A stretch of 64,000 nucleotides of DNA. Source: an uncultured cyanobacterium (GTDB taxonomy: Bacteria; Cyanobacteriota; Cyanobacteriia; Cyanobacteriales; Nostocaceae). The notes under the pieces were generated by a model, which was given only the letters and a program-made list of their open reading frames with translations, did no database searches and had not been told where the DNA came from. The DNA is taken from NCBI GenBank assembly GCA_963706595.1, contig OY970166.1:3296001-3360000 (forward strand), in the 5' to 3' direction. Each line of letters begins with the position of its first letter. The stretch's first letter is position 1. The position numbers and the translations under genes are program-made. Positions 51,137 through 64,000 of the stretch are shown in pieces.

Positions 51137-51520
51137 ATGCTAGGTAACTTTCAACAAAGTCAACTACGGATAGAAATCAACGCCAGAGCCTGTGCAATTC
51201 GTGATAGTTTGCAACAGCCTGAAAATTTAGCCAAATGGCTTGTCGGGCAAAGTTTCGCCCCAGGGATGCCAGAAGAACTGCATAGTGGGTTCCAGTTTAC
51301 AACCTGGACTGGGCCAATTTCAATTCATCATCAAGTAGAAGTGGCCAAACCCAACTGTCTCCGGTTGCTACTCAGTGGAGGCATTGATGGCTTTCATGAA
51401 TGGTACTGGGGCGAAGGTTGGGTGCAGTCCCGCTTAGAGGGAATTTCCATTCTGCCCATCAATTTAGGACAAACCTTAAATTTGTTGAGTTTGCGGCAGT
51501 TTTTGGTCAATAAATCGTAG
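51137..51520 (+). CDS. Conserved hypothetical protein (possibly SRPBCC-like)
   Basis: Clean 127-aa ORF. Confidence 0.65.
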   Translation: MLGNFQQSQLRIEINARACAIRDSLQQPENLAKWLVGQSFAPGMPEELHSGFQFTTWTGPISIHHQVEVAKPNCLRLLLSGGIDGFHEWYWGEGWVQSRLEGISILPINLGQTLNLLSLRQFLVNKS

Positions 51521-51787
51521 AAACGCCATTAATCCTGTTTCTACAACAGGAATTAAGTCACCCACTTTTATCACTCTGATTCCAGAAAAAAAGTAGCTTG
51601 GGTTGAGGCTTTACGAAACCCAACAAGAGGCAGGGGAGCAGGGCGCAGGGGGCAAGGGGGAAGGAATCAGGATTTTCCCTGCCAACACGGAATAGGGCAA
51701 CTAAATTTATTTATGAACATTAGAAAAAAAATTATTTCGAGATGCGAAGCACGAGAAATAATTTGTCCTTATTTCAAGCCCCTAAAT

Positions 51788-52258
51788 TTATTTATGGGGT
51801 TCTCCCCTGCCCCCTGCCCCCTGCCCCCCTGCCTCTTCTTTGACCACCAACACCGAACAATTAGCTTCTTCCACTACTTGAGTGCTGACAGAACCCAAAA
51901 CAATTCGCTTCATCCCAACTAATCCGCGACTGCCAATGATAATTAAATCAGCCTTGTAAATATTGGCAATCCGAATAATTTCCACCGCCGGATCACCGGT
52001 TGCCAATTCTAATTCACTGTTGAATGATAACTTTTCTTTATAACTTAACAGTTGTTTTTCAATATGGAAATCAGGAAATTTTGAAGATTCTGGATGAGGG
52101 CGGTCTGCCGGTAGTTCCCTCTCTGACTCTGCTGTAGCAAACACATGACAGAGAATGACTTTGGCATCACTAGCCAACACCAAATCATTTAAACTTTCAA
52201 TAACTCGTTCTACAATTTCCGAACCGTCAAGAGCTACCAAAACATTTTTTAGCACCAC
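51788..52258 (-). CDS. Universal stress protein
   Basis: VLVALDGS, ADLIIIGSRG and LGSVS..V..ANCSVLVV motifs. Confidence 0.92.
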   Translation of the reverse strand: MVLKNVLVALDGSEIVERVIESLNDLVLASDAKVILCHVFATAESERELPADRPHPESSKFPDFHIEKQLLSYKEKLSFNSELELATGDPAVEIIRIANIYKADLIIIGSRGLVGMKRIVLGSVSTQVVEEANCSVLVVKEEAGGQGAGGRGEPHK

Positions 52259-52675
52259 TCATCTCCTAAAAGGTAGATTCCTTTCATATAGTTACTTAAT
52301 ACAACTTGTTCGCAGTTACAGCCTTGATGACAGCATCTAAATATACCCTTAGTCACATAGGTGATATCATGTTCGCCTAATTAGTTCTAATTCCCACCTC
52401 TGTGCAAAACACGTAAAATCCTCTTTCCCCCCTGCTCCCTGCTCCCCTTCGACTGCGCTCAGGGCAAGCCTGCTCCCCTGCGGCCTTAATGATAAGTCTT
52501 TCACCGAACACGATATGAGGACGGTGAGAACTGGGTTTATACTCAGCGCTTTCTTCTACAGACGCGATTTGTCACCTCTGTGTAGTTGCCTGGGGGATAC
52601 TGCTGCCCAAGCTTATATCTTGCAGCTACCGAGTAGCTTTGTCCAATAGTTTATGCAAAAAATAAACATTCCAAA

Positions 52676-53978
52676 TCACTCTTCCTGCTGAATTCTGCGC
52701 CTGACTGAATCTTTATGAGACGGTAAGCCCTCGGCAGTTGCTAGCGCGTCAATAGCCCCAGCCGCCTTTTGCAGTGCAGTAGGTGAGTATTGAATAATAC
52801 TGGAATGTTTGAGGAATGTTTCCACTCCTAAAGGTGAAGCATAACGAGCCGCACCAGAAGTCGGCAAGGTGTGGTTAGGTCCTGCCAAATAGTCGCCTAC
52901 AGCTTCTGGTGTAGAATAGCCCAAGAATATTGCCCCGGCGTGACGGATATTGGGAAGTAATGCCCAAGGATCTTTAATTTCTAACTCTAAATGTTCGGGA
53001 GCAAATTCATTGGAAAATTCTGCTGCTGCTGATAAAGATTCGACAACAACAATTAATCCATAATGAGCGATCGCTTTCTCTGTGTCTATCCGTCGGGGAT
53101 GATCTACTAATTGTCTTTCCACAGCTACTTGCACGTTTTTCGCTAAAGCAGTGTCAGTGGTCAACAAAATAGCTGCGGCCATGGGGTCATGTTCAGCTTG
53201 CGCCAACAAATCAGCCGCCACATTCACCGGATTTGCAGTTTCATCGGCAATAATTAATACTTCACTCGGACCTGCTAAGGAATCAATACCAACCGTACCG
53301 TAAACCAGTTTTTTGGCTAAAGTGACATAAATATTACCAGGACCAGTAATTACATTGACTTTAGGAATCGTTTCTGTACCGTAAGCCAAAGCCGCGATCG
53401 CTTGCGCCCCCCCAACACGATAAATTTCTTGTATACCTGCTTCTTGTGCAGCTACCAACACAGCTGGATGAATTGCTTTTCTGGAACCAGGAGGCGTTAC
53501 CATCACCACACGAGGCACACCAGCCACCTTAGCCGGAATAGCATTCATGAGTACAGGTACTAGGATAAGCACCACGCCCACCCGGTACATATAACCCGGC
53601 ACGGTCTACAGGAGTATAACGTTTGCCCAGCACTACATCATCATCGCCAAAGTGTACCCAACTTTTCGGGACACGCTGGCGATGAAATGCTTCAATTTGG
53701 CGGCTAGCCAACTGAATCGCCTGGAGTAACTCCTGCGACACCTGTTGGTAAGCTGCATCCATTTCCGAGCCGGTAACACGCAATTCCTCTGACTTGAGAG
53801 TTTGATTATCGAATTCAGCTGTATAATGCAAAACAGCTTTGTCGCCTTGGCGCTGCACTGCTTGCAATACTTCGCGGACAGTTGCTTCTTTGTGAAGCAC
53901 GTGTTCATCGTGAGTACGATTGCAGATACGTTGTAGTTCTGATACAACGTCTGCCTGCTGAGTAATGATTCGCAGCAT
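52676..53978 (-). CDS. hisD: Histidinol dehydrogenase, +1 frameshift near 53556
   Basis: GLYVPGG, GPGNIYV, AGPSE, QAEHD, APEHLE and GPNHTLPT motifs across two frames. Confidence 0.93.
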
Positions 53979-54444
53979 GGAGTAAGGAGAATGCCAAAAT
54001 TTAGAATATTCCCGCCGGAGAATCAGTCTTAACTCTTGACCCATGAGGTTGTCGAGCTAATTTTAATTCTCTTCTCTAGCTTAACCTGGATTTTTTTGAT
54101 ACTTCCCAGGCTGCCAGCATATAGGTTGCTTGAGAAGGCGACTATTATTGCTCAGTCCGATTCACCTAATTGGCTCGCCCTAGCGGCAAGCTGTTTGGTA
54201 TCCGGCAGAGAGAAGGTGTGCCATACCCTCTACCCTTACAACCTAGCCTGTACTCCTTGGGGGTTTCTTGGTGACACATTTGCACATCCATTGGCCTTGA
54301 ACAAGGAGGTGGAATAGGGTCTGAGTATATTTTTTACTTATTTTTCTACTTTAGTAGCTAACATTCCATCGAAGTAACTTATTTTAACCCATTTTTTCAA
54401 TCGGTTACACACAAACTGTAAAGTTGTCAAGGATACTTTAAATT

Positions 54445-54585
54445 AGTCATTGGTCATTGGTCATTAGTCATTAGTCATTAGTCATTGGGAAATTACCGTC
54501 TTCTCTCCCCTGCTCCCTACTCCCCACTCCCTGCTCCCTACTCCCTGCTCCCTACTCCCCACTCCCCACTCCCTACTCCCTACTC
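54445..54585. repeat. STRR heptamer repeats (GTCATTG/A, CTCCCT/CA)
   Basis: Tandem 7-mers. Confidence 0.85.
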
Positions 54586-54689
54586 TTAAAAAGTTTCTTT
54601 TTGAATAAATTCTGACATTGGCAGTATGGATGCTATATTAGTAAGTCTAGTAGTGTGTGTACATATTAATAGTATTTTTGGAATAGACT

Positions 54690-54989
54690 GTGGCGAATAC
54701 AAAATCTGCTCTCAAACGCGCCCAAATTGGAGAACGCAACCGTTTGCGTAACAAAGCTTACAAATCGGCAGTAAGAACGCTGATGAAAAAATATTTTAGT
54801 GCAGTAGATGTCTATGCAGCTAATCCTAACTCAGAATTAGAAAAAGAAGTACAGGTACGGCTGTCTGAAGCTGTTAGCAAAATTGACAAAGCTGTAAAGC
54901 GCGGTGTTCTCCACCCAAATAATGGCGCTCGGAAAAAATCCAGATTGGCTCGCAAACTCAAGCCACTGGCTCCAGCATCTGCTGGGTAG
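54690..54989 (+). CDS. rpsT: 30S ribosomal protein S20
   Basis: [33 protein letters not shown]. Confidence 0.97.
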   Translation: MANTKSALKRAQIGERNRLRNKAYKSAVRTLMKKYFSAVDVYAANPNSELEKEVQVRLSEAVSKIDKAVKRGVLHPNNGARKKSRLARKLKPLAPASAG

Positions 54990-55065
54990 TTTAACTGTTC
55001 AGTAATCAGTAAATATATTTGTATATCACTGATTACTGCTCACGAAATCATGACCGATAACTGCA

Positions 55066-55851
55066 ATGCAGCTGATTGATACTCACGTTCATATTAACTT
55101 TGATACATTTCAGGCGGATTTAGCCGCAGTGCGATCGCGATGGCAAGAAGCAGGTGTGGTACGCCTTGTACACTCCTGCGTCGAACCCTCAGAATTTTCC
55201 AGTATTCAATCCCTAGCGCACCAGTTTCCCGAACTCAGTTTTGCCGTGGGTCTGCATCCCTTAGATGTGGAAAAATGGCACAGCGACACAGCCGCCGAAA
55301 TCAAATCTTTGGCTAGTTCCGAAGCAAAAGTGGTAGCGGTTGGGGAAACGGGTATGGATCTTTACAAAGCCGATAACTATGCAATTCAACGCATAGCCTT
55401 TGAAGCCCAACTAGCGATCGCCTGCGAACTCAATCTACCAGTAATTATCCATTGTCGTGATGCAGCCCCAGAAGTCAGGGAAATACTGCAAAAATGGCAG
55501 GAGAACACCGGACAAACCCCTAGAGGTGTCATGCATTGTTGGGGCGGTACACCAGAAGAAACTCAATGGTTTCTGGACTTAGGCTTCTACATCAGCTTTA
55601 GCGGGACGGTAACATTCAAAAACGCTAAAACTATCCAAGCCTCAGCCGCGATGGTGACAAGCGATCGCCTGCTAGTGGAAACAGACTGCCCTTTTTTGTC
55701 TCCAGTCCCCAAACGGGGTGAAAAACGGAATGAGCCAGCTTATGTTCGTTATGTCGCCGAACAAGTAGCTCATTTACGTGGGGAGACATTAGAAGCGATC
55801 GCGGCTCAAACTACCCAAAATGCTTGTGACTTATTTGGATTAGCACTATAA
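55066..55851 (+). CDS. tatD: TatD-family DNase
   Basis: IDTHVH, GLHP, GETG, IIHCRDA and ETDCP motifs. Confidence 0.95.
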   Translation: MQLIDTHVHINFDTFQADLAAVRSRWQEAGVVRLVHSCVEPSEFSSIQSLAHQFPELSFAVGLHPLDVEKWHSDTAAEIKSLASSEAKVVAVGETGMDLYKADNYAIQRIAFEAQLAIACELNLPVIIHCRDAAPEVREILQKWQENTGQTPRGVMHCWGGTPEETQWFLDLGFYISFSGTVTFKNAKTIQASAAMVTSDRLLVETDCPFLSPVPKRGEKRNEPAYVRYVAEQVAHLRGETLEAIAAQTTQNACDLFGLAL

Positions 55852-56612
55852 AGCCTGCTCATCTATATCCCAGGGAGTGCTGAAAAAATTAAACTCTAGG
55901 AGGACAAAAATATGCTAAGATTAATCCCTCCAAAACAATTTGAATACGCCATAATAGAAAAGGAAAGAATTGAAAACTTTTAAAATTGATTTTGTACTGT
56001 CAACAACTTGATCATCCACCTCATCTCCACAAGCGGATGTTCTGAATTGATGACTGATGTCAGGATTCGACAGTCACCTAGACTTTGGCCAAAAAACGTT
56101 TGTGCTGTACTTAACCTATAGAAAATTGTTAAACGTAAACTACCTTGTGAGCAAAACCCACCAAAATCAAGCCCGGAGTTACAAATCAGAGCCGACAAAA
56201 TACGCGGCTCTTTCCCTGTGTCTTAGGAGACTACCGTAGGTATAGACGGGGAATTGACGACACAAATAGTCTAGAAATGTCTAGGCAAATTCATTGAGCT
56301 TCATGGGAGGGGAAGTGAGGAAAGCACAAAAAATTCATCGATTTTTCAGCCGACGACTGTTAAGGAATCAAATTAATATCTTGATTTTAACGCATCTGGA
56401 GAGAGAAAAAGGGCGATTACCCCCCTTGCCAAAATCTTTCTTTGCAGCTTCAATAGCGGCGTTTGCCTACACCTAGAAATAGCAGATGGCATAAACAAAC
56501 AGAAGTTCCCAAATAGTTATGGACACAAGGCACTTGCTCAGGGAACAGGCCAGCAACAGAGATTAAAGCAGTGTCCTAAAACAAGTTTAACCAGGTTGAT
56601 GAAGGTAAAGGC

Positions 56613-59600
56613 ATGACTACAGATACATATATGGAATCCGCCTTTTTGTTGCCCGACTTGATTGAAATCCAGCGTGCAAGTTTTCGCTGGTTTTTAGAAG
56701 AAGGGCTGATAGAAGAACTCAACTCATTTAGTCCCATTACAGACTACACAGGCAAACTAGAACTGCACTTTTTAGGTAACAACTACAAACTTAAAGAGCC
56801 AAAATACAGCGTTGAGGAATCGAAACGGCGGGATAGTACCTATGCTGTACAGATGTATGTTCCCACCCGTCTGTTGAACAAAGAAACAGGGGATATCAAA
56901 GAACAAGAAGTATTTATTGGGGATCTGCCTTTAATGACAGACCGAGGCACGTTTATTATTAACGGAGCCGAGCGGGTAATTGTTAACCAGATAGTGCGAT
57001 CGCCTGGAGTTTACTACAAATCAGAAATCGACAAAAACGGGAGACGTACTTATTCAGCTAGCTTAATCCCTAACCGGGGAGCTTGGCTGAAATTTGAAAC
57101 AGACCGTAACGATTTAGTGTGGGTTCGCATCGACAAAACCCGTAAACTCTCAGCACAGGTGCTATTAAAAGCCCTGGGCTTGTCAGACAACGAAATATTT
57201 GATGCCCTGCGCCACCCAGAATACTTTCAAAAAACCATCGAAAAAGAAGGGCAGTTTTCCGAAGAAGAAGCCCTGATGGAGTTGTACCGGAAATTACGCC
57301 CCGGTGAACCACCCACAGTATTAGGTGGACAACAGCTATTAGACTCCCGCTTTTTCGACCCCAAACGTTATGACCTCGGTCGCGTTGGTCGTTACAAACT
57401 CAACAAAAAATTACGCTTGTCTGTTCCCGACACCATGCGCGTGCTAAGTCCTGGGGACATATTGGCAGCAGTAGATTACCTGATTAACCTCGAATATGAC
57501 ATCGGTAATATCGACGATATTGACCACTTAGGTAATCGTCGGGTGAGAAGCGTCGGCGAACTACTGCAAAACCAAGTGCGAGTCGGCTTAAACCGTTTAG
57601 AGCGGATCATTCGGGAAAGAATGACCGTATCCGATGCCGAAGTTTTAACCCCAGCTTCCTTAGTTAACCCCAAACCATTGGTAGCAGCAATCAAAGAATT
57701 CTTTGGTTCTAGCCAATTAAGTCAGTTCATGGATCAAACAAATCCCTTAGCAGAACTGACCCACAAACGCCGTCTCAGCGCCCTTGGACCTGGTGGTTTA
57801 ACTCGTGAACGGGCAGGATTTGCCGTGCGAGATATTCACCCTTCTCACTACGGTAGAATCTGCCCCATTGAGACACCAGAAGGACCTAACGCCGGTTTGA
57901 TTGGTTCCTTAGCCACCCATGCGCGAGTCAACCTCTATGGATTCTTAGAAACCCCCTTTAGACCAGTAGAAAATGGTCGAGTCCGGTTTGACTTACCGCC
58001 AGTCTATATGACAGCCGACGAAGAAGACGATTTGCGGACTGCCACAGGTGACATTCCCGTAGATGAAAATGGCTACATTAAGGGTCCACAAGTACCAGTA
58101 CGTTATCGCCAAGACTGGGCAACCACAACCCCAGAACAAGTAGACTACGTAGCTGTATCCCCAGTGCAAATTGTGTCTGTAGCGACCAGCATGATTCCCT
58201 TTTTGGAACATGACGACGCTAACCGAGCGCTAATGGGTTCCAATATGCAACGGCAAGCAGTACCCCTGCTGAAGCCGGAGCGTCCTTTGGTCGGTACTGG
58301 CTTAGAAGCCCAAGGCGCGAGAGACTCCGGAATGGTGGTGGTATCCCGTACCGATGGCGATGTTACTTATGTGGATGCCACCGAAATTCGTGTTCGTCCT
58401 AAAGGCGGTACCTCAGAAACTAGATATCGACTTTCTAAATACCAAAGATCCAACCAAGACACTTGTTTAAATCAAAAACCCCTCGTCCGCATTGGTGAGC
58501 GAGTAGTTGCTGGTCAAGTTTTAGCTGATGGTTCAGCCACCGAAGGTGGTGAATTAGCCTTGGGTCAAAATATTGTCCTCGCCTATATGCCTTGGGAAGG
58601 GTATAACTACGAAGACGCGATTTTGATTTCCGAAAGACTGGTACAGGATGATGTCTACACTTCCATTCACATTGAAAAATATGAAATTGAAGCCAGACAA
58701 ACCAAACTTGGCCCAGAAGAAATTACCAGAGAAATTCCCAACGTCGGGGAAGATGCCCTGCGTCAGTTAGATGAACAGGGAATCATCCGTATCGGTGCTT
58801 GGGTAGAAGCTGGAGATATTCTGGTAGGAAAGGTGACACCAAAAGGTGAATCTGACCAACCACCAGAAGAAAAACTCTTACGTGCCATTTTTGGTGAGAA
58901 GGCGCGAGATGTAAGGGACAATTCCTTACGAGTTCCCAACGGTGAAAAAGGACGCGTCGTTGACGTGCGTTTATTTACCCGTGAACAAGGCGATGAATTA
59001 CCACCAGGAGCGAATATGGTGGTGCGGGTGTATGTTGCCCAGAAGCGCAAAATCCAAGTGGGCGACAAAATGGCAGGTCGTCACGGTAATAAAGGGATTA
59101 TTTCTCGAATATTGCCTGTGGAAGATATGCCTTATTTAGCCGATGGTTCCACTGTGGACATCGTGCTAAACCCCTTGGGTGTACCTAGTCGGATGAATGT
59201 TGGACAGGTATTTGAGTGTATGTTGGGCTGGGCGGCTCATACTTTGGGAGTCAGGTTCAAAATTACGCCTTTTGACGAAATGTATGGGGAAGAAACATCC
59301 CGTAGCATCGTACATGGCAAGTTGCAAGAAGCACGAGACGAAACAGGCAAGGACTGGGTATACAACCCAGATAACCCCGGCAAAATTATGGTGTTTGATG
59401 GTCGGACGGGGGAACCGTTTGACCGACCGATAACTGTAGGCGTAGCTTATATTCTCAAGCTGGTGCATTTGGTGGATGACAAAATCCACGCTCGTTCCAC
59501 AGGGCCATACTCGCTAGTAACTCAGCAACCCTTGGGTGGTAAAGCCCAACAAGGTGGTCAGCGCTTTGGGGAAATGGAAGTGTGGGCTTTGGAAGCCTTT

Positions 59601-59912
59601 GGTGCCGCTTACACTTTGCAGGAATTGCTGACTGTGAAATCAGACGATATGCAGGGACGGAATGAAGCGTTAAATGCGATCGTTAAAGGCAAGTCAATTC
59701 CTCGACCAGGAACACCAGAATCCTTTAAGGTGCTAATGCGAGAACTGCAATCATTAGGATTAGACATTGCCGTACATAAGGTAGAAACCCAACCCGACGG
59801 TAGTTCCTTGGATGTGGAAGTCGATTTAATGGCAGACCAATCACCGCGACGTACACCCCCTCGACCAACCTACGAATCTCTCTCCCGTGAATCCCTAGAA
59901 GGGGAAGAGTAG
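56613..59912 (+). CDS. rpoB: RNA polymerase beta subunit
   Basis: [21 protein letters not shown] and other conserved motifs. Confidence 0.99.
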   Translation: MTTDTYMESAFLLPDLIEIQRASFRWFLEEGLIEELNSFSPITDYTGKLELHFLGNNYKLKEPKYSVEESKRRDSTYAVQMYVPTRLLNKETGDIKEQEVFIGDLPLMTDRGTFIINGAERVIVNQIVRSPGVYYKSEIDKNGRRTYSASLIPNRGAWLKFETDRNDLVWVRIDKTRKLSAQVLLKALGLSDNEIFDALRHPEYFQKTIEKEGQFSEEEALMELYRKLRPGEPPTVLGGQQLLDSRFFDPKRYDLGRVGRYKLNKKLRLSVPDTMRVLSPGDILAAVDYLINLEYDIGNIDDIDHLGNRRVRSVGELLQNQVRVGLNRLERIIRERMTVSDAEVLTPASLVNPKPLVAAIKEFFGSSQLSQFMDQTNPLAELTHKRRLSALGPGGLTRERAGFAVRDIHPSHYGRICPIETPEGPNAGLIGSLATHARVNLYGFLETPFRPVENGRVRFDLPPVYMTADEEDDLRTATGDIPVDENGYIKGPQVPVRYRQDWATTTPEQVDYVAVSPVQIVSVATSMIPFLEHDDANRALMGSNMQRQAVPLLKPERPLVGTGLEAQGARDSGMVVVSRTDGDVTYVDATEIRVRPKGGTSETRYRLSKYQRSNQDTCLNQKPLVRIGERVVAGQVLADGSATEGGELALGQNIVLAYMPWEGYNYEDAILISERLVQDDVYTSIHIEKYEIEARQTKLGPEEITREIPNVGEDALRQLDEQGIIRIGAWVEAGDILVGKVTPKGESDQPPEEKLLRAIFGEKARDVRDNSLRVPNGEKGRVVDVRLFTREQGDELPPGANMVVRVYVAQKRKIQVGDKMAGRHGNKGIISRILPVEDMPYLADGSTVDIVLNPLGVPSRMNVGQVFECMLGWAAHTLGVRFKITPFDEMYGEETSRSIVHGKLQEARDETGKDWVYNPDNPGKIMVFDGRTGEPFDRPITVGVAYILKLVHLVDDKIHARSTGPYSLVTQQPLGGKAQQGGQRFGEMEVWALEAFGAAYTLQELLTVKSDDMQGRNEALNAIVKGKSIPRPGTPESFKVLMRELQSLGLDIAVHKVETQPDGSSLDVEVDLMADQSPRRTPPRPTYESLSRESLEGEE

Positions 59913-60066
59913 GGAATGGGGAATGGGGAGTGGGGAGTAGGGGAAAGAGGCAGGGGAGCAGGGAGAAAGAGGCAGGGGAGCAGGGAGAAAGAGGCAGGGG
60001 GGAAAATTTCCTACCTAATCCCCATTACCTGAACTGTAATCCCTAATCCCTAATCCCCAATCCCCA
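59912..60066. repeat. STRR-like purine-rich and CCCTAAT tandem repeats
   Basis: Tandem short repeats after the rpoB stop. Confidence 0.75.
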
Positions 60067-60084
60067 AATTACGAACACTGATTA

Positions 60085-60258
60085 AAGGATTGCGCGGATG
60101 AGATTATTTGTGATAGCAACAGATGCTCAAATCCGTGAAATCCTTTAATCCGTCTAATCCGTGATCAGAATAAGGATTGCGCGGATGAGATTATTTGTAA
60201 TAGCAACAGATGCTCAAATCCGTGAAATCCTTTAATCCGTCTAATCCGTGATCAGAAT
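60085..60258. repeat. 87-bp direct tandem duplication
   Basis: 60085-60171 and 60172-60258 differ at one base. Confidence 0.9.
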
Positions 60259-60270
60259 AAAAAATTAATT

Positions 60271-62148
60271 ATGAGACCCGCCCAAAGTAATCAGTTTGAC
60301 TACGTTAAAATCGGCTTGGCATCACCGGAACGCATCAGGCAGTGGGGTGAGCGCACTTTACCTAATGGTCAACTCGTTGGTGAAGTAACAAAGCCGGAGA
60401 CAATTAATTACCGCACCTTGAAACCAGAGATGGACGGCTTATTTTGTGAGCGCATCTTTGGCCCGGCGAAAGATTGGGAATGCCATTGTGGTAAGTATAA
60501 AAGAGTCCGTCACCGTGGCATTGTCTGCGAGCGCTGTGGTGTAGAAGTCACCGAGTCGCGCGTGCGTCGTCACAGAATGGGGTATATTAAACTCGCTGCC
60601 CCGGTCGCCCACGTTTGGTATCTCAAGGGTATTCCTAGCTACATCTCCATTCTGCTCGATATGCCCTTGCGAGATGTGGAGCAGATAGTCTATTTCAACT
60701 CTTATGTTGTCCTGAGTCCTGGTAATGCAGAAACATTAAGCTACAAACAGCTACTCAGTGAAGACCAATGGTTGGAAATCGAAGACCAAATATATAGTGA
60801 AGATTCCCTGTTGGTAGGGGTAGAGGTCGGCATCGGTGCAGAAGCATTACTACGTTTACTAGCTGATATTAATTTAGAGCAAGAAGCCGAAAACCTGCGC
60901 GAGGAAATTGGTAATGCTAAGGGACAGAAGCGGGCAAAGCTGATTAAACGGCTACGGGTAATTGACAACTTCATTGCTACTGGTTCTAAACCAGAGTGGA
61001 TGGTGATGGCAGTGATTCCGGTAATTCCCCCTGATTTGCGCCCAATGGTACAGCTGGATGGTGGACGGTTCGCCACTAGTGATTTGAACGATTTGTATCG
61101 CCGGGTAATTAACCGTAACAATCGTTTGGCGCGTCTGCAAGAAATTCTCGCACCAGAAATTATTGTGCGGAACGAAAAGCGGATGCTGCAAGAAGCAGTG
61201 GATGCTTTGATTGACAATGGTCGTCGGGGACGCACAGTGGTGGGGGCAAATAACCGACCCCTCAAGTCTTTGTCTGACATTATTGAAGGTAAACAAGGAC
61301 GTTTCCGCCAAAACTTGTTGGGTAAACGAGTTGACTATTCGGGACGTTCGGTAATTGTAGTCGGACCGAAGCTGAGAATTCACCAGTGCGGTTTGCCCAG
61401 GGAAATGGCCATTGAGTTATTTCAGCCCTTTGTGATTAATCGCCTGATTCGTAGCGGCATGGTGAATAATATCAAGGCGGCTAAGAAGCTGATTTCTCGC
61501 AACGACCCCAGTGTGTGGGATGTGCTGGAAGAGGTAATTTCAGGACACCCAGTGATGCTGAACCGTGCGCCAACTCTACACCGCTTAGGTATTCAGGCTT
61601 TTGAACCTGTGTTGGTGGAAGGACGAGCGATTCAATTACATCCGTTGGTTTGTCCAGCTTTTAACGCTGACTTTGATGGTGACCAAATGGCGGTACACGT
61701 GCCTCTGTCTCTAGAAAGTCAGGCGGAAGCCCGGTTGTTGATGCTGGCTTCTAATAATGTTTTGTCTCCGGCTACGGGTAGACCGATTATTACTCCTAGT
61801 CAAGATATGGTGTTGGGGGCATATTATTTAACCGCCGAAAACCCTGGTGCTACTAAGGGTACTGGTAAGTTTTATGCTTCCATGGAAGATGTAATTATGG
61901 CTTTCCATCAAGACCAAGTTGACTTACACGCGTATGTTTACGTGCGGTTTGATGGCGAGGTGGAATGTGATGAACCGGATAATCAGCCGCTAGAAGTGAC
62001 GGAAAACGCTGACAAAACTCGGACTTTGCTGTATAAATATCGCCGCATTAGGGAAGATGCTCAGGGAAATATGATTTCTCAGTATGTCCGGACTACGCCT
62101 GGACGAGTTATTTACAACAATGCTATTCAGGAAGCTTTGGCGGTCTAG
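60271..62148 (+). CDS. rpoC1: RNA polymerase gamma subunit
   Basis: NADFDGD catalytic motif; zinc finger. Confidence 0.99.
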   Translation: MRPAQSNQFDYVKIGLASPERIRQWGERTLPNGQLVGEVTKPETINYRTLKPEMDGLFCERIFGPAKDWECHCGKYKRVRHRGIVCERCGVEVTESRVRRHRMGYIKLAAPVAHVWYLKGIPSYISILLDMPLRDVEQIVYFNSYVVLSPGNAETLSYKQLLSEDQWLEIEDQIYSEDSLLVGVEVGIGAEALLRLLADINLEQEAENLREEIGNAKGQKRAKLIKRLRVIDNFIATGSKPEWMVMAVIPVIPPDLRPMVQLDGGRFATSDLNDLYRRVINRNNRLARLQEILAPEIIVRNEKRMLQEAVDALIDNGRRGRTVVGANNRPLKSLSDIIEGKQGRFRQNLLGKRVDYSGRSVIVVGPKLRIHQCGLPREMAIELFQPFVINRLIRSGMVNNIKAAKKLISRNDPSVWDVLEEVISGHPVMLNRAPTLHRLGIQAFEPVLVEGRAIQLHPLVCPAFNADFDGDQMAVHVPLSLESQAEARLLMLASNNVLSPATGRPIITPSQDMVLGAYYLTAENPGATKGTGKFYASMEDVIMAFHQDQVDLHAYVYVRFDGEVECDEPDNQPLEVTENADKTRTLLYKYRRIREDAQGNMISQYVRTTPGRVIYNNAIQEALAV

Positions 62149-62251
62149 GGAGCAAAGAATTTTGGATTTTGGATTTGCGATTTTAGATTGCAGTCTAATC
62201 CAAAATCTAAAATCTAAAATCTAAAATTGATTGACTAAGGACTAATAATTA

Positions 62252-64000
62252 ATGACTAAGGAAAAGGCTGTTTTTCGGAATCGCGTAGTTGACAAGGGTC
62301 AACTGAGAAAGTTAATTTCCTGGGCGTTTACCCATTATGGTACGGCGCGCACTGCTGTAATGGCGGATAAGTTGAAAGAGTTGGGTTTTCGCTATGCTAC
62401 TAAGGCGGGAGTCTCTATTAGTGTAGATGACTTGATGATTCCGCCCACTAAGCGATCGCTCTTAGAAGCAGCAGAAGAAGAAATTCGGGCTACGGAAACT
62501 CGTTACCAACGGGGTGAAATCACTGAGGTGGAGCGTTTCCAAAAGGTAATTGATACTTGGAACGGTACGAGTGAAGCTCTGAAGGATGAGGTGGTGGTTC
62601 ACTTTAAGAAAACTGACCCCCTGAACTCTGTCTACATGATGGCCTTCTCTGGGGCGCGGGGTAATATCTCTCAGGTGCGGCAGTTGGTGGGGATGCGGGG
62701 GCTGATGGCAGATCCGCAAGGGGAAATTATAGATTTACCGATTAAAACCAATTTCCGCGAAGGTCTGACGGTAACGGAATACATTATCTCCTCTTACGGT
62801 GCGCGCAAAGGGTTGGTAGATACTGCATTGCGGACTGCTGACTCTGGTTATCTTACCCGGCGGCTGGTGGATGTTTCCCAAGATGTAATTATTCGGGAAT
62901 TTGACTGCGGCACTACCAGAGGGATTCCGGTACGGGCGATGACCGAAGGGGGCAAAATCTTGATTCCTCTGGCTCAACGCTTGCTGGGACGGGTAGTTGC
63001 TGAGGATGTAGTGCATCCGGTCACTAAGGAAGTGATTGCCGCCCGCAATACACCAATTTCTGATGACTTGGCTATAGAAATTGGGAAAGCTGGGGTGACT
63101 CAAGTGGTGACGCGATCGCCTCTAACTTGTGAAGCCGCCCGTTCGGTGTGTCAACACTGCTACGGCTGGAGTTTGGCACACGCCAAAATGGTAGATTTGG
63201 GCGAAGCGGTGGGGATTATTGCGGCTCAAAGTATCGGTGAACCTGGAACACAGTTGACCATGCGGACATTCCACACCGGGGGTGTGTTTACCGGGGAAGT
63301 GGCGCAGCAAGTCCGTTCTAAAACCGAAGGTACTATCCGTCTACCCCGGAAATTGAGAACTAGAACCTATCGCACCCGCCACGGGGAAGATGCTCTGTAT
63401 GTTGAAGCCAATGGCATCATCAACTTGGAACCGAAAAAAGACGGTTCTGGGGACAAGGAACATCAAGAAATTCATGTGACTCAAGGTTCGACTCTCTATG
63501 TCCATGAAGGACAACAGGTAAAAATCGGTCAGTTGCTGGCTGAGGTGGCACTGGGTGGACGCACAACTCGGACGAATACTGAAAAAGCAGTCAAAGATGT
63601 AGCTTCTAACTTAGCCGGAGAGGTGCAGTTTGCTGATGTGGTTCCCGAACAAAAAACCGACCGTCAGGGAAACACCACCACCACAGCCGCACGGGGGGGT
63701 TTGATTTGGGTGCTGTCTGGAGAAGTTTATAACTTGCCTCCTGGGGCAGAATTGATTGTCAAAAATGGCGATCAAGTTGCCGAAAATGGAGTTTTGGCAG
63801 AAACCAAGTTAACTACGGTGCATGGTGGTGTAGTGCGTTTGCCAGAAGCGATCGCAGGTAAGAGTACCAGAGAAATTGAAATTATCACGGCTTCGGTAGT
63901 CTTAGACCAAGCCACGGTGACTGTGGAAAGTTCTCAAGGGCGCAACCACTATTTAATCACCACTGGTAATAACCAAGTGTTTAACCTCCGGGCTACCCCA
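62252..64000 (+). CDS. rpoC2: RNA polymerase beta' subunit (partial, runs off the window; missing from the ORF track)
   Basis: ATG 62252 gives [18 protein letters not shown]..; [14 protein letters not shown] and [15 protein letters not shown] motifs. Confidence 0.97.
   Translation, partial: MTKEKAVFRNRVVDKGQLRKLISWAFTHYGTARTAVMADKLKELGFRYATKAGVSISVDDLMIPPTKRSLLEAAEEEIRATETRYQRGEITEVERFQKVIDTWNGTSEALKDEVVVHFKKTDPLNSVYMMAFSGARGNISQVRQLVGMRGLMADPQGEIIDLPIKTNFREGLTVTEYIISSYGARKGLVDTALRTADSGYLTRRLVDVSQDVIIREFDCGTTRGIPVRAMTEGGKILIPLAQRLLGRVVAEDVVHPVTKEVIAARNTPISDDLAIEIGKAGVTQVVTRSPLTCEAARSVCQHCYGWSLAHAKMVDLGEAVGIIAAQSIGEPGTQLTMRTFHTGGVFTGEVAQQVRSKTEGTIRLPRKLRTRTYRTRHGEDALYVEANGIINLEPKKDGSGDKEHQEIHVTQGSTLYVHEGQQVKIGQLLAEVALGGRTTRTNTEKAVKDVASNLAGEVQFADVVPEQKTDRQGNTTTTAARGGLIWVLSGEVYNLPPGAELIVKNGDQVAENGVLAETKLTTVHGGVVRLPEAIAGKSTREIEIITASVVLDQATVTVESSQGRNHYLITTGNNQVFNLRATP

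Noticed and set aside
55980..56476. Short ORFs upstream of rpoB
   Set aside because: No motifs or clear RBS; likely promoter/5' UTR sequence
57070..63310. Antisense and alternate-frame ORFs within rpoB, rpoC1 and rpoC2
   Set aside because: Shadow ORFs of conserved genes

Overview
Chromosomal window from a filamentous, probably heterocyst-forming (Nostocales-type) cyanobacterium. The evidence is many HIP1 GCGATCGC sites, STRR heptamer repeats and a split rpoC1/rpoC2. There are four parts. (1) 1-21 kb: a RiPP-like cluster with at least 9 tandem, Cys-free precursor peptides, most with a double-glycine leader. It also has an APH-type kinase plus HopA1-like lyase pair (class V lanthipeptide-type dehydratase), a UbiA/HAD pair, a PPIase-HlyD-C39 peptidase ABC exporter led by an IS630-like HTH gene, a subtilase and a second HlyD. 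(2) 21-32 kb: housekeeping and accessory genes. (3) 32-47.4 kb: a type I-D CRISPR-Cas locus (WYL regulator, cas3', cas10d, cas7, cas5, cas6, cas4, cas1, cas2, 14-repeat array) with inserted accessory genes. (4) 47.9-64 kb: hslO, usp, hisD, rpsT, tatD, rpoB, rpoC1 and the start of rpoC2. The top finding is a hidden antisense one-spacer mini-CRISPR just after cas3'. Its spacer partially matches, next to a GTT type I-D PAM, the predicted -10 promoter box of an unknown 98-aa ORF that lies upstream of yhcG-cas10d-cas7-cas5. This is a candidate crRNA-guided repression circuit (CreTA/CreR-like) in a type I-D system. Frameshifts in cas3', xth and hisD may be sequencing errors. All family calls come from motif recognition, not database searches.
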